DNA of 64,000 bases from positions 556,025 through 620,024 of the forward strand of contig JABDBA010000001.1 of the NCBI GenBank assembly GCA_013288885.1, given 5' to 3'. A model generated the notes under the pieces. It was not told the origin of the DNA and did not search any database. It was given only the letters and a program-made list of their open reading frames with translations. The translations under genes and the position numbers were made by a program. This DNA is from Gammaproteobacteria bacterium. Lineage in GTDB: Bacteria; Pseudomonadota; Gammaproteobacteria; JABDBA01. Below, one piece after another: positions 48,061 through 58,615 of this stretch (position 1 is the stretch's first letter; every line of letters starts with the position of its first letter).

Positions 48061-51000
48061 TCATCGACTAAGCTCATCAACCTGCATGAGCTCTTCTTCT
48101 AACAATTTATTAATTTGCTCATCATTAAGATGAGTCATTTTTTCTAAGAATTCATCCTCACTTAACGTTGACAATATATCCCCATTATTAGCTGCAGATT
48201 TTTGAGTTAGTGCTGGTGTTGTAGGTTGACATGATTGAATGATAAACCCAACCAGTTGATTGATGGTTGTATAACGAAAGAGATCCATGGGTGAAACTAT
48301 ATCCGGGTAAAAATCAGATAATCTACTCACAAAATTGATGCCGTTGATTGAATCAAGGCCATAATCTTGATAAGTACTATTGGTATCCATTTCAGTAATT
48401 TCTAAACCTAATATTTCTGCTAGAGCAGAGGCGACATTAGTGGTTATTTGTTCAGGATCTAAATCAATATTTAATTGCGCTGCTTGATTATTGATAGTAT
48501 GTTGAGCAGCAAAGTTGGCAAAGAGAGGTAATTTTCTGGTATCGGAATTTACTTTGAAGAATTTTTGCCAAAGCATTTTAAATACTGTTACAGTGGTACT
48601 ATGTTTATTATTCAATAAAAACTCTAGTATTTCCATTCCTTTTGGTATCGCAATTGTTGACATACCGACTGCGTCTAAGAAAGCACTGTGATTATATCTA
48701 AAACTCATTCCTTTATCAGCCCATGCAGTCCAGTTAATGCTTGTCGCAGGTAGTCCAAGTTGACGTCTGTAAGCAGCAAATCCATTTAAAAACTCGTTGG
48801 CCATGGCATAGGCGCTCAAACCACTCATGCCAAAATAAGGCATTGCAGCAATTGAAGAAAATAACACGAAGCAATCAAGGTCAGCTTTTTTAAATATCTC
48901 ATGTAATACTAAAGTTCCTTGGACTTTGACAGATAGTACTTTTTGCAGCAATTCTTTAGTCATTTTTGCGATAGGTATACTGTCGGTTGTAATGCCAGCT
49001 AGATGAAAGAGACCTTTAATGGATTTTCCCCATGATTGTTCGGTTTGTTCAATAATAGATTGCATTTTGATTTTATCGCAAACATCAACCGTGGCATATT
49101 TGACTTGAGCACCAAGCTTCTCAAGTGAAATCATATTGGTTAGTTTTTCTTGCAACGATGTCTCATGTGTTTTTGACCATTCGGATCGCTCAGGTAATGG
49201 TGTTGACCCTGTTAAAAGTAAAAACTTAGTGCCTTGTTTTACTAGCCATTGCGCTACTTCTGCCCCAAGTGCACCCAAACCGCCAGTTATTAATGCTGTT
49301 TCAGGAGCACGCCAACTTGTAGTTTTTATGTGGGTTGTCTCTTCCAGATGAGATGCAAGGCGGATCACATAGCGTGATTTTTCTCTAAAAGCCAAATAAT
49401 TTTCACCAGGTTCCAAATTTAGTAATTCTTGTGTGATAGCGCTAGCTTCTTCGCGTAGTCTTTTTTTAGAGTCTAAGTCAAGTAATAGTATTTTATAATC
49501 TGCGTGCTCGACAGAGAAAATGCGCATTAATGACCATAAATGGTGCTGCCATATTTGTATAGGGTCATTTTCAACAACGGGCTGGCTACTTCGTGTGACC
49601 AAACAGAACTTCAGCTTATTTTGCCAGTTTTGTTTTATAAGTCCCTGCAACAAAGAGAATAACTGAAGACTATTTTCAGCTTGTTGATTGTTAGAATATA
49701 AATCAGTTTGTTCTATCATTTGCTGCCGATCTTCTGCGAAATTAGCAAGATAAATTATTCCCTTGAGGTCTTTATTATAAATAGTGAAAATAGATGCAAA
49801 TAATTGGTGGTAATCACTGGAGCTGCTGGGGTTAATATAAAATACATTTTCCTTTAATTGTTCGAATTTTTCGCCAGCAAAACAATAGATACAAGAAGAT
49901 TTTCCTGGGGTATCTTGTAGTAAGCCCCCTAATTCTTTATCACTGAAAATAAGCCAACGTTCTGTTTCGATATTTGAGATACTTGTGTTATCGGTAGACT
50001 TTTGTTCCCAGCGAGTACAATAAAGCCAATCGTTTATATCGTTTGGTATTTCATAGTTTGTATCTTGCTTTTTTTCTTCATGCTGAATTACTGGAGGTGT
50101 TGGTGATTTATCGATAGCTTGCTGTTGTTGGTTTTGTGCGGTTGATGACGGAACCCAACAACGTCTTTTTGCAAACGGGTAAGTTGTTAAAAAAACTCGT
50201 TTTGGTTTATATGGAGTATAAAGTAGTTCCCAGTTTACTTTAGCTCCGTTTGTCCATAATGGTGTTATTTTTTCATATTCTGCTTGTTCTATAAATTCAG
50301 CTAAATTATGTTGAGGTTGTAGGGCTGCTTTATTGTTCTGCACGGGGGAACTTACCCATACTTGATTTATTGCATTGGCAGGATTAGTTAAATATGAATT
50401 AAGTTTATCTATTAAATCATTATATGTGGTTGCAAGAATAGCAAGTCTAGTAGGCATATTTTCGCGACCGACCTGTGAGGTATAACATATATTGCTCAAC
50501 CAGTTTTTTAGATCATCTTCAGTATTTTGTTTTTTACCTTCGCTAAGTAAGAAAGCATAAATTTGCTGCACGTAATCTTGCAGGCGATCGGCATTTTGCG
50601 CAGAGATTAACAATATAAATGGGATCTGTTTAGATTGAGCATCATTATTATTTCTGACGTCTGCAATATATTCTTCAATAATAATATGAATATTAGTACC
50701 GCCAGCACCAAAAGAGCTTACACCTGCTCTTCGTGGAAAGCCTGGTATAGGTGACCAATCACTTAATTCCCGCTGTACAAAGAATGGAGATTGTTTAAAG
50801 TCAATAAAGGGATTTAACTCTTCGGCATGAATAGAAGCCACTAATTTTTTATGCTGCATTTGTAATAATACTTTAGTCAGTTGCGAAATTCCTGCCGCTG
50901 ATTCTAAATGTCCAATGTTTGACTTCACAGAGCCGATCGCACAGAACTGTTTATCTTTAGTATAGTGCTCAAATGCTTCTTGTAGGCCTCTTATTTCTAT

Positions 51001-54000
51001 GGGGTCACCTAACGCCGTACCAGTACCGTGGGCTTCGATGTAAGATATACTGCGTGGGTCAATATTCGCTTTTTCTAATGCGGCTTTGATCACGGCTGCT
51101 TGCGCATTAGGATTGGGGATAGTGTAGCCGCTGGTTTTACCACCGTGGTTCATCGTGCTGCTTTTAATGACACCATAAATGCGATCATTATCTTTAATGG
51201 CTAATGATAGGGGTTTAAGCAGAACGGTACCTACTCCTTCTGAGGGCACATATCCTTGACCACCAGCAGCAAAGCTTGAACAGCGGCCTTGGTCAGACAT
51301 AAAACTTAAACTTCCAAGCATATGATATTTACAAGGGTGTAATGATAAATTAACTCCGCCAGCGATGGCCATAATACATTCGCCACGAAGAATGCTTTCA
51401 CAGGCTAAATGAATGGCAGCCAATGATGAAGAACAAGCGGTATCAACAGGATAACTGGGCCCATTTAAGTTAAAAAAATAGGAAACACGATTGGCAATAG
51501 AGAACATTTGAATATCTAATGGTATACGGTTGCCTTTTGCCCATTCGTCTGCAATAAATAATGGATAAAAATTATAAGTGACACCTGCAAATACGCCTAC
51601 TTTGCCGTTGGTTAAACGTTGTAAGCTTTCACGTGTATAACCTGCATCTTCAAATGTAGTCCAGACAGATTGTAAAAACAACCTTTCTTGTGGGTCGATT
51701 GTGGCTGCATCTGCGGGAGAAATTTTAAAAAGTAGTGGGTCAAACTTATCAATGTCTGGAATAAATCCACCATACTTAAAGTATTTTGTTTCTTCACCTA
51801 ATAAAACAGGATAATCTTTATAGTTCCAGCGCTCGATTGGAACTTCAGATATACAATCTCGTCCTTGCACTAAATTAGTCCATAGTTCATCAATATCTTT
51901 GGCTAAGGGATAAGTGCCGCTGAGGCCTATTATAGCAATGTCATTCGATTCATTAGTTTTTGCTGATTTATCAGGTTGACTTGGAGTAAACGTTTCTTGT
52001 GAAACCGAACAATTAGCATTGAGTTCCTCGCGCGGTTCGCCCAAATCATTATTTTGATTTCCAACTAATTTTAGTAAAGTCGGTTTATGCGATTGTTGAA
52101 AAAATAAGGCCAGATCCGCTATCTTGCTTCGTTCATAGAGTAGTGTTTTAGATAAACTGCCAAAATCTTTTTCTAAGCGTTCGGTAATCTCTAAACCTAT
52201 TAGGGAGTCTATACCATATTCTTCATAGGTTGCATCAGCAGAAATTTGATGTGACTGCAGCTGGAGTTTTTCGGCAAATATTTGTTGTAAATAATTTATA
52301 GTGAGATTTGATAAATCTATAGGTTGTGTTGCATTTTGACTGATAACTATTGGATTAGTTGTGGTTATTTCCGATTTTGCTGTTTGTATGTCAGCATCAA
52401 ACCAATAACGTTGTTTAATAAAAGGATAGGATGGCAGGCCCGCTAAGCGTAATTTTCTTTCTCCCGCATGTAAAATACCCCAGTCTATTTGAAAATTATT
52501 AATATAAAGATCGGCGAGTAATAATAACTTATCGCGATAGATCTCGGGAGGAAGGGCTTCATAGTTCTTTATGGCATCTATGGTCGATTTATATATTTCA
52601 TTAAATAAAGGCCCATTACAATTGTTTGTTGATGTTGTATTTCGTAGGCAATTATTAGGTAACTGGTTTTCCATCAGCAGTTCCAGCGTCTGTAATAAAT
52701 CTTCCAGTGAGGTTACTACTATGGCGCAGCGTGTATTGAAATGACTGCGGCCTGCATTAAGTGTAAAACTTAGATCCGCAAGATTTGTGGTTACTAAATT
52801 CATTTTTAACCAAACATGCAGATCTTTAAACTTCTGTATTAAGCTTGCCTCTTGTTTGGCTGATAGAGTAATTAAATAATAAGGTTTTAGTAGGGCAGAC
52901 GTTGATGAATTTTTAATCTGTGGATATTCTTCGATGACCATGTGTGCATTAGTTCCTCCAAAACCAAAAGAGCTCACTCCTGCGCGCCGTGGTATTTCGG
53001 TTCCAGCTCCATCTTTTAATCGGGGCCATCCCCGTGTTTTTTCAACAATGTAAAAGGGGCTATTAGATAAATCTATATACGGATTTAATTCTTTAAGATG
53101 TAAATTCCCAGGTATTGTTTCATGTTGCATGGCCAGTAGGACTTTAATAACTCCCGCAATCCCAGAAGCAGGTTCTAAGTGACCAATATTTGTTTTGACT
53201 GTACCAAGACCACAAAAAGCTTTTTGCTTTGAGGGCGTGCCTTGTTGCGATACTAATATATTAAACGCTTGTTTTATCCCTTCAATTTCAATAGGGTCAC
53301 CTAATTCAGTGCCAGTGCCGTGCGTTTCAATATAAGAGACAGTATTTATATCAATATTAGTTTGTTTATATGCTTTAACGAGTAGTTCGCTTTGGGCTGT
53401 TGTATTAGGAGCTGTCAATGATTGTGCTTTGCCCCCATGATTTACTGCAGACCCTTTGATAACTCCATAAATATGGTCGCCATCATTCAGAGCCATGTTT
53501 AAAGGTTTTAGCATAATAGTGGCGACACCTTCTCCTTTGACATAGCCGTTAGCAGTTTTATCGAAAGTTTTGCAACGACCATCAGGAGAAAGAGCGCCTA
53601 ATTGGCTGGTTACTACAAACGTTTGTGGATCTAGTATGAGGCTGACTCCACCTGCGATAGCAATATTGCACTCACCATTATGTAGTGCATTGACTGCACG
53701 GTGGATTGCTACTAAGGCACTCGAACAGGCAGTATCAATAGATTCACTGGGGCCATTCAAATTAAGAAAGTATGAAACTCGATTGGTGAGTAAAGCATGT
53801 GAATTACCGGTCGAGATATGCCCATGAAATATTTTATTCTGTTTTTGTATTAGAGTTTGATATTCTTGAAACTCAATTCCTGCAAAGATGCCTACTTCTT
53901 GTGCCGACAGTGAAAACGGGTCATAGCCAGCATCTTCAATGGTTTTCCAAACAATTTCTAAAAATAAGCGATGCTGTGGATCCATCAAATTTGCTTCACG

Positions 54001-57000
54001 GGCAGATATATTAAAAAAAGCTGCATCAAAAGTGTCAGCGCCATCTATAAAGCCACCCCATTTAGAATTGGTTTTAGTAGGGTTTTGTTTGGCATCGCCA
54101 TAATATTCACGCCAATCCCAGCGTTCGATAGGAATTTCAGTCACTAAATCATGGCTCGCTAGTAGATGCGCCCAAAATTCTGTCAGGTCTTTAGATTGAG
54201 GAAAATAGCCTTGCATACCGATAATTGCAATGGGCTCATGGTTAAAAGTCGATTTTATTGGTTTAATATAATTTATCTTTTGAGTTTCATACCGAAAAGA
54301 TGAAAAAACAATTGGAAAGGCTTCTAATAAATATTTACTTAGCGCAGTTATGTTAGTGTGTGTAAAAAAAACGATGGGGGCTAGTTCAATGCCATAGCGA
54401 TTTGCTAATTGCGCAGCCAATTCTTTTTGGACGATTGATTCTAAGCCTTGTTCACTAAATGAAGCTGTTAGATTGATAGCGTAAGTTTCTTTCTTTAATA
54501 ATTGCGCTACAAGCTGGACTAAATCTTGTTTAATTATTTCCAATTTTTCTTGTCTAAAATTGGGTTCTGTTAATTCGACCTTGATTGAAGTTGAATTTAC
54601 AGGTTGATTTAGATTAGGTACCCAATAATAATCTTTAGCAAACGGATATCCGGGCAATGAAACCCGTCGTTTAGGCAGTTTCAATGATTCCCATTCAATA
54701 TTACTGCCTGTTACGTATAAACGCGCTAAGGAGAATTCTTTTGATGACGATAAGCGATTGTTTGTTTGAGCTAAACCATCATTAACAATATAATTTTCAG
54801 GAAACTGATTTTGTTGGATGCGTATTAAAGTTTCTTGCAATTCAGTAATCGATTTTACAATCAGAGCACAGCGTTTATCGAAGTGATTTCGACCTAGATT
54901 CAATGTATAGCTGATTGCCGCCAGATCTGGTGGATCAGTTTTTTTCATTAACCATTCGCTTAAATCATTGATGCGTTGTTTTAGTGCCCCATCTGTTTTT
55001 GCAGATAAAGTAATTAAGTAAGAGGTGGATTCATTTGAGTTTATCGGGTTCTCATTCAAATGATCTCTATATTCTTCAACGATAATATGTGCATTTGTAC
55101 CGCCAAATCCGAACGAGCTTATGCCAGCACGTCGTGGGATTTCAGCACCAGCTGCTGTTTTTAATCGATCCCATGGTTGGGTTTTGTTAACAAGATAAAA
55201 GGGTGTTTTATCTAGATCGATATAAGGGTTTAATTCAGTGAAATTTAAATTGCCAGGTATTTGCCCCTGTTGCATAGACAATACTGTTTTAACTAAACCA
55301 GCAATACCTGCTGCTGCTTCCAAATGACCAATATTCGTTTTGATAGCGCCTAAGCCACAATAATTATTATTCAATGGTTTTGATGTCTGTTCTGCTGATA
55401 AAGTATGAAATGCATTTTTTAGGCCATTTATTTCTATGGGATCACCGATTGAAGTACCCGTACCATGAGTTTCAATATAGCTAATAGTGTCGATCGGAAC
55501 TTGCGCACGTTGACATGCGCTGATGATAACATCTGCTTGTGCATTTGGGTTGGGTACGGTAATTGAACTTACTTGGCCACCATGATTGACTGCAGTACCT
55601 TTGATGACTGCGTAAATATGATCTCCATCGGCTTGTGCTTTATTTAATTGCTTTAAGAGGATTGCCACAATTCCTTCGCCGCGCACATAACCATTCGCTG
55701 CTTTATCGAAAGTTTTGCATTTGCCATCTTCGCTTAATATTCCGGCTTTGCTGGCGTGTAGATGAGGGGTAAATATGGTATTAACTGCACCTGCAAGTGC
55801 AATATCACAATCACCATTATTTATTGCTTGTACCGCTTGATGAATTGCAACAAAAGAGCTGGAACACGCTGTATCAACGGTTGTACTTGGTCCATGTAAA
55901 TCAAGTGTGTAAGAGACGCGATTGGCTAATATTGTGGATGTTATGCCAGTCATCATATAAACATCTGTAATCCCTTTTTTTTGTAAAAGTTCGATATAAT
56001 CATAAGTAAACATACCTACAAAAACACCCGTTTTAAAGTTAGCAAGTGTTTTGGTGCTATAGCCAGCATCTTCTATGGTTTTATATGTTGTTTGTAAAAA
56101 AAGACGTTGCTGCGGGTCGATAAGTTCAGCTTCTCGTGGTGAAATATTAAAAAAGTTTGCATCAAACTCGCCAACTCCATCGATGAAGCCGCCCCAGATA
56201 TCTTTTGTTTTATCATTTTCTAAGAGGGGATCTCCGTAGCAAGCTTTCCAGTCCCAACGATCTTGGGGTATTTCAGTAATTACTTCTTTACCAGATATCA
56301 GATTATTCCAGAAAGTATCTAAATCAGCAGCACCGGGAAAGAGGCCATTCATACCAATGATGGCGATATCATTATCATTGGTTGGAATTGCAATAAACTC
56401 ATTGGTTTTTGCAGGTTCAATTCGCACTACATTCGTGAATTTTTGCGATATTAGATAATTATAAAGCCCATCTAAAGTCGTATATTCAAATAAATTAGCA
56501 GGAGTGAGGTTTACTTGATATTCTCTGTTGATTAACACCATTAGATTGGTTATTGTGATCGAATCAAAACCATATTCATTAACCGAATCACTTAAGTCAA
56601 TTTCATTCGCATCAACATTTAATATGGAGGCAACAAGGTTAATAAAATCTTTTTCAAATTGCTGTAAATCTATTTCCGTAGTTACTTTGATTTCATTATC
56701 TGGGTGTGGATGAGGTTCTTCGATAGTTTGATTGGTTTTAAAATGTTTTCTTACAATTTCTAGTTTTTCTTCGATGAATAATGTTTTGCACAGCGATCGT
56801 TGTAGCTTTCCGCTGGTAGTCTTGGGGATAGCACCGGGTTTGATTAGTATTACTCCATGCAGGTCAATGCCATGATGTTCAGAAATAGCTGCACGTATAG
56901 ATTTAATGATTTCATTTTGCGATGAGTTAGATATATCGTCTTTAATTTCTTGTATGAAAACTAACTCTTCATTTTTATTATTTGATAGGGTGAAACAAGC

Positions 57001-58443
57001 ACAAGGTTTATCCAAATTAAATTGACTGAGCGCATTTTTCACCGTAGCTTCTAAATCTTGCGGGTAATATTTTTTACCATAGATGACAATAAGCTCTTTA
57101 AGCCGACCTGTAAGGTATATTTCATTATTTTTTACAAACCCTAAATCGCCTGTTCGAAAGTAGCATTTTTTAGAATTAGTTAAAGTAGCATAAAATGCCG
57201 ATTTTGTTTCCTCAAGTCGCTGCCAGTAACCACTGGCTAATGATTTACCGGTTATCCAAAGTTCACCTATTTTGTTTTTGTTAACAGGTACCCGTGTATC
57301 AGGGTCTACAACAGTTATTTGCAACCCATTTAGCAAACGCCCACTGCTTACAAATATTTGTTGGGTGGTTTCTTCTCTTGCGGTAATAACTTCATTGTTT
57401 TTTAAAGCTTCTGCGTTTAAGCTTAAAGCTATAGGTTTCTTTTTATTGCGGTTAACAGCAACAGTTCCGGTTACTTCTGACATGCCATATGCCGGACAAA
57501 AATATTTTAACTTAAAACCATAAGCACTTAATTTTTTACTAAAATCATCTAAGGTTTGTTGCCGAACAATTTCGCCGCCATTAATAGCTACTTTCCAACT
57601 TTGTAAATTGAGTCCTATTAATTCGATGGAATTAATCTCTCGTACACACAAATCATAACCAAAATTTGGACAGCCACTGTGGGTGACTCGATATTTTGCA
57701 ATTGCTTCAAGCCAAGACGCGGGTCGTCGAATAAATCTTTCAACCGGCATTAAAATAGCGAGTGATCCATGATAAAGCGGTGTTAATTGGCCGCAAACTA
57801 ATCCGTATACATGTGAATGCGGTGCCCAGGTTAAACTGATACTACTTTTTTTATAGTTCCAGGCTTTTGCATTCTCGACTAAGCTATGGGTCAAGCTTCC
57901 ATGTCGAATAATAGTACCTTTGGGGGCAGAAGTTGAACCAGAGGTATATTGTAAATAGGCGATAGTATCGTCTTGAATAAGCGGCAATTGATACATTATG
58001 GACAATTCATCATTTAAGTCACGCGTATCCAAAATAAGTATAGGCTTATTATTTAACGTTAAATGGTTTTGTGCAGTTAAAATACAGTGAATTTCAGCAT
58101 CATCTGCTATTGCATTTAGTATTGGTAATGATTTTTTAAAATTATCATCATTAGAATAGATAACTGGCACGGCAATAGCGCCAGCATATAAGCAACCCAT
58201 AAAAGCACAAATAAAATCCAAACCCATGGGGTAGAGCAGCAATACGCGTTGCGCAAATAAATCTTTACTCTGCAAATAAACTGCAATGGCGCGCGCTCTT
58301 TTGTCTAATTCACCATAAGTAATAGAAAGAGGTTCTTGTTGGTCATCGTTTAAAAAAAGATAAGCAGATTGGTGGGGTCGGCGTTTAGCTCTATCTTGTA
58401 AGACTAAAACTAAGTTTTTATATTTCTTGTTTAAGATAAACAT
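48061..58443 (-). CDS. trans-AT PKS: FAAL-like acyl-AMP ligase-ACP-KS-ACP-KS-ACP-KS-KR-ACP
   Basis: LQYTSGSTSAPKG, YGMSE, RTGDLG, PKTTSGK (ligase); three intact KS (DTACSS, HGTGT, GHLE); ACPs GFDSI, GLESI, GIDSL, GLDSI; KR TGGLGALG...FSS...YAMAN; no GHSxG AT motif. Confidence 0.95.
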   Translation of the reverse strand: MFILNKKYKNLVLVLQDRAKRRPHQSAYLFLNDDQQEPLSITYGELDKRARAIAVYLQSKDLFAQRVLLLYPMGLDFICAFMGCLYAGAIAVPVIYSNDDNFKKSLPILNAIADDAEIHCILTAQNHLTLNNKPILILDTRDLNDELSIMYQLPLIQDDTIAYLQYTSGSTSAPKGTIIRHGSLTHSLVENAKAWNYKKSSISLTWAPHSHVYGLVCGQLTPLYHGSLAILMPVERFIRRPASWLEAIAKYRVTHSGCPNFGYDLCVREINSIELIGLNLQSWKVAINGGEIVRQQTLDDFSKKLSAYGFKLKYFCPAYGMSEVTGTVAVNRNKKKPIALSLNAEALKNNEVITAREETTQQIFVSSGRLLNGLQITVVDPDTRVPVNKNKIGELWITGKSLASGYWQRLEETKSAFYATLTNSKKCYFRTGDLGFVKNNEIYLTGRLKELIVIYGKKYYPQDLEATVKNALSQFNLDKPCACFTLSNNKNEELVFIQEIKDDISNSSQNEIIKSIRAAISEHHGIDLHGVILIKPGAIPKTTSGKLQRSLCKTLFIEEKLEIVRKHFKTNQTIEEPHPHPDNEIKVTTEIDLQQFEKDFINLVASILNVDANEIDLSDSVNEYGFDSITITNLMVLINREYQVNLTPANLFEYTTLDGLYNYLISQKFTNVVRIEPAKTNEFIAIPTNDNDIAIIGMNGLFPGAADLDTFWNNLISGKEVITEIPQDRWDWKACYGDPLLENDKTKDIWGGFIDGVGEFDANFFNISPREAELIDPQQRLFLQTTYKTIEDAGYSTKTLANFKTGVFVGMFTYDYIELLQKKGITDVYMMTGITSTILANRVSYTLDLHGPSTTVDTACSSSFVAIHQAVQAINNGDCDIALAGAVNTIFTPHLHASKAGILSEDGKCKTFDKAANGYVRGEGIVAILLKQLNKAQADGDHIYAVIKGTAVNHGGQVSSITVPNPNAQADVIISACQRAQVPIDTISYIETHGTGTSIGDPIEINGLKNAFHTLSAEQTSKPLNNNYCGLGAIKTNIGHLEAAAGIAGLVKTVLSMQQGQIPGNLNFTELNPYIDLDKTPFYLVNKTQPWDRLKTAAGAEIPRRAGISSFGFGGTNAHIIVEEYRDHLNENPINSNESTSYLITLSAKTDGALKQRINDLSEWLMKKTDPPDLAAISYTLNLGRNHFDKRCALIVKSITELQETLIRIQQNQFPENYIVNDGLAQTNNRLSSSKEFSLARLYVTGSNIEWESLKLPKRRVSLPGYPFAKDYYWVPNLNQPVNSTSIKVELTEPNFRQEKLEIIKQDLVQLVAQLLKKETYAINLTASFSEQGLESIVQKELAAQLANRYGIELAPIVFFTHTNITALSKYLLEAFPIVFSSFRYETQKINYIKPIKSTFNHEPIAIIGMQGYFPQSKDLTEFWAHLLASHDLVTEIPIERWDWREYYGDAKQNPTKTNSKWGGFIDGADTFDAAFFNISAREANLMDPQHRLFLEIVWKTIEDAGYDPFSLSAQEVGIFAGIEFQEYQTLIQKQNKIFHGHISTGNSHALLTNRVSYFLNLNGPSESIDTACSSALVAIHRAVNALHNGECNIAIAGGVSLILDPQTFVVTSQLGALSPDGRCKTFDKTANGYVKGEGVATIMLKPLNMALNDGDHIYGVIKGSAVNHGGKAQSLTAPNTTAQSELLVKAYKQTNIDINTVSYIETHGTGTELGDPIEIEGIKQAFNILVSQQGTPSKQKAFCGLGTVKTNIGHLEPASGIAGVIKVLLAMQHETIPGNLHLKELNPYIDLSNSPFYIVEKTRGWPRLKDGAGTEIPRRAGVSSFGFGGTNAHMVIEEYPQIKNSSTSALLKPYYLITLSAKQEASLIQKFKDLHVWLKMNLVTTNLADLSFTLNAGRSHFNTRCAIVVTSLEDLLQTLELLMENQLPNNCLRNTTSTNNCNGPLFNEIYKSTIDAIKNYEALPPEIYRDKLLLLADLYINNFQIDWGILHAGERKLRLAGLPSYPFIKQRYWFDADIQTAKSEITTTNPIVISQNATQPIDLSNLTINYLQQIFAEKLQLQSHQISADATYEEYGIDSLIGLEITERLEKDFGSLSKTLLYERSKIADLALFFQQSHKPTLLKLVGNQNNDLGEPREELNANCSVSQETFTPSQPDKSAKTNESNDIAIIGLSGTYPLAKDIDELWTNLVQGRDCISEVPIERWNYKDYPVLLGEETKYFKYGGFIPDIDKFDPLLFKISPADAATIDPQERLFLQSVWTTFEDAGYTRESLQRLTNGKVGVFAGVTYNFYPLFIADEWAKGNRIPLDIQMFSIANRVSYFFNLNGPSYPVDTACSSSLAAIHLACESILRGECIMAIAGGVNLSLHPCKYHMLGSLSFMSDQGRCSSFAAGGQGYVPSEGVGTVLLKPLSLAIKDNDRIYGVIKSSTMNHGGKTSGYTIPNPNAQAAVIKAALEKANIDPRSISYIEAHGTGTALGDPIEIRGLQEAFEHYTKDKQFCAIGSVKSNIGHLESAAGISQLTKVLLQMQHKKLVASIHAEELNPFIDFKQSPFFVQRELSDWSPIPGFPRRAGVSSFGAGGTNIHIIIEEYIADVRNNNDAQSKQIPFILLISAQNADRLQDYVQQIYAFLLSEGKKQNTEDDLKNWLSNICYTSQVGRENMPTRLAILATTYNDLIDKLNSYLTNPANAINQVWVSSPVQNNKAALQPQHNLAEFIEQAEYEKITPLWTNGAKVNWELLYTPYKPKRVFLTTYPFAKRRCWVPSSTAQNQQQQAIDKSPTPPVIQHEEKKQDTNYEIPNDINDWLYCTRWEQKSTDNTSISNIETERWLIFSDKELGGLLQDTPGKSSCIYCFAGEKFEQLKENVFYINPSSSSDYHQLFASIFTIYNKDLKGIIYLANFAEDRQQMIEQTDLYSNNQQAENSLQLFSLLQGLIKQNWQNKLKFCLVTRSSQPVVENDPIQIWQHHLWSLMRIFSVEHADYKILLLDLDSKKRLREEASAITQELLNLEPGENYLAFREKSRYVIRLASHLEETTHIKTTSWRAPETALITGGLGALGAEVAQWLVKQGTKFLLLTGSTPLPERSEWSKTHETSLQEKLTNMISLEKLGAQVKYATVDVCDKIKMQSIIEQTEQSWGKSIKGLFHLAGITTDSIPIAKMTKELLQKVLSVKVQGTLVLHEIFKKADLDCFVLFSSIAAMPYFGMSGLSAYAMANEFLNGFAAYRRQLGLPATSINWTAWADKGMSFRYNHSAFLDAVGMSTIAIPKGMEILEFLLNNKHSTTVTVFKMLWQKFFKVNSDTRKLPLFANFAAQHTINNQAAQLNIDLDPEQITTNVASALAEILGLEITEMDTNSTYQDYGLDSINGINFVSRLSDFYPDIVSPMDLFRYTTINQLVGFIIQSCQPTTPALTQKSAANNGDILSTLSEDEFLEKMTHLNDEQINKLLEEELMQVDELSR

Positions 58444-58615
58444 ATGAAGCTTCCATTCATTATATATTGAGCGATTATACTATAATTTGATCGAAGAAAT
58501 GCGCATATTTATTTTCAGAAAAAATCATTTACATCAATATTAAAGTGTGTCACCATAATAATCATTAGTACAAGTTACAGGAAGTCGCTCTATTAACTAA
58601 GGCAAGGATGAATTT

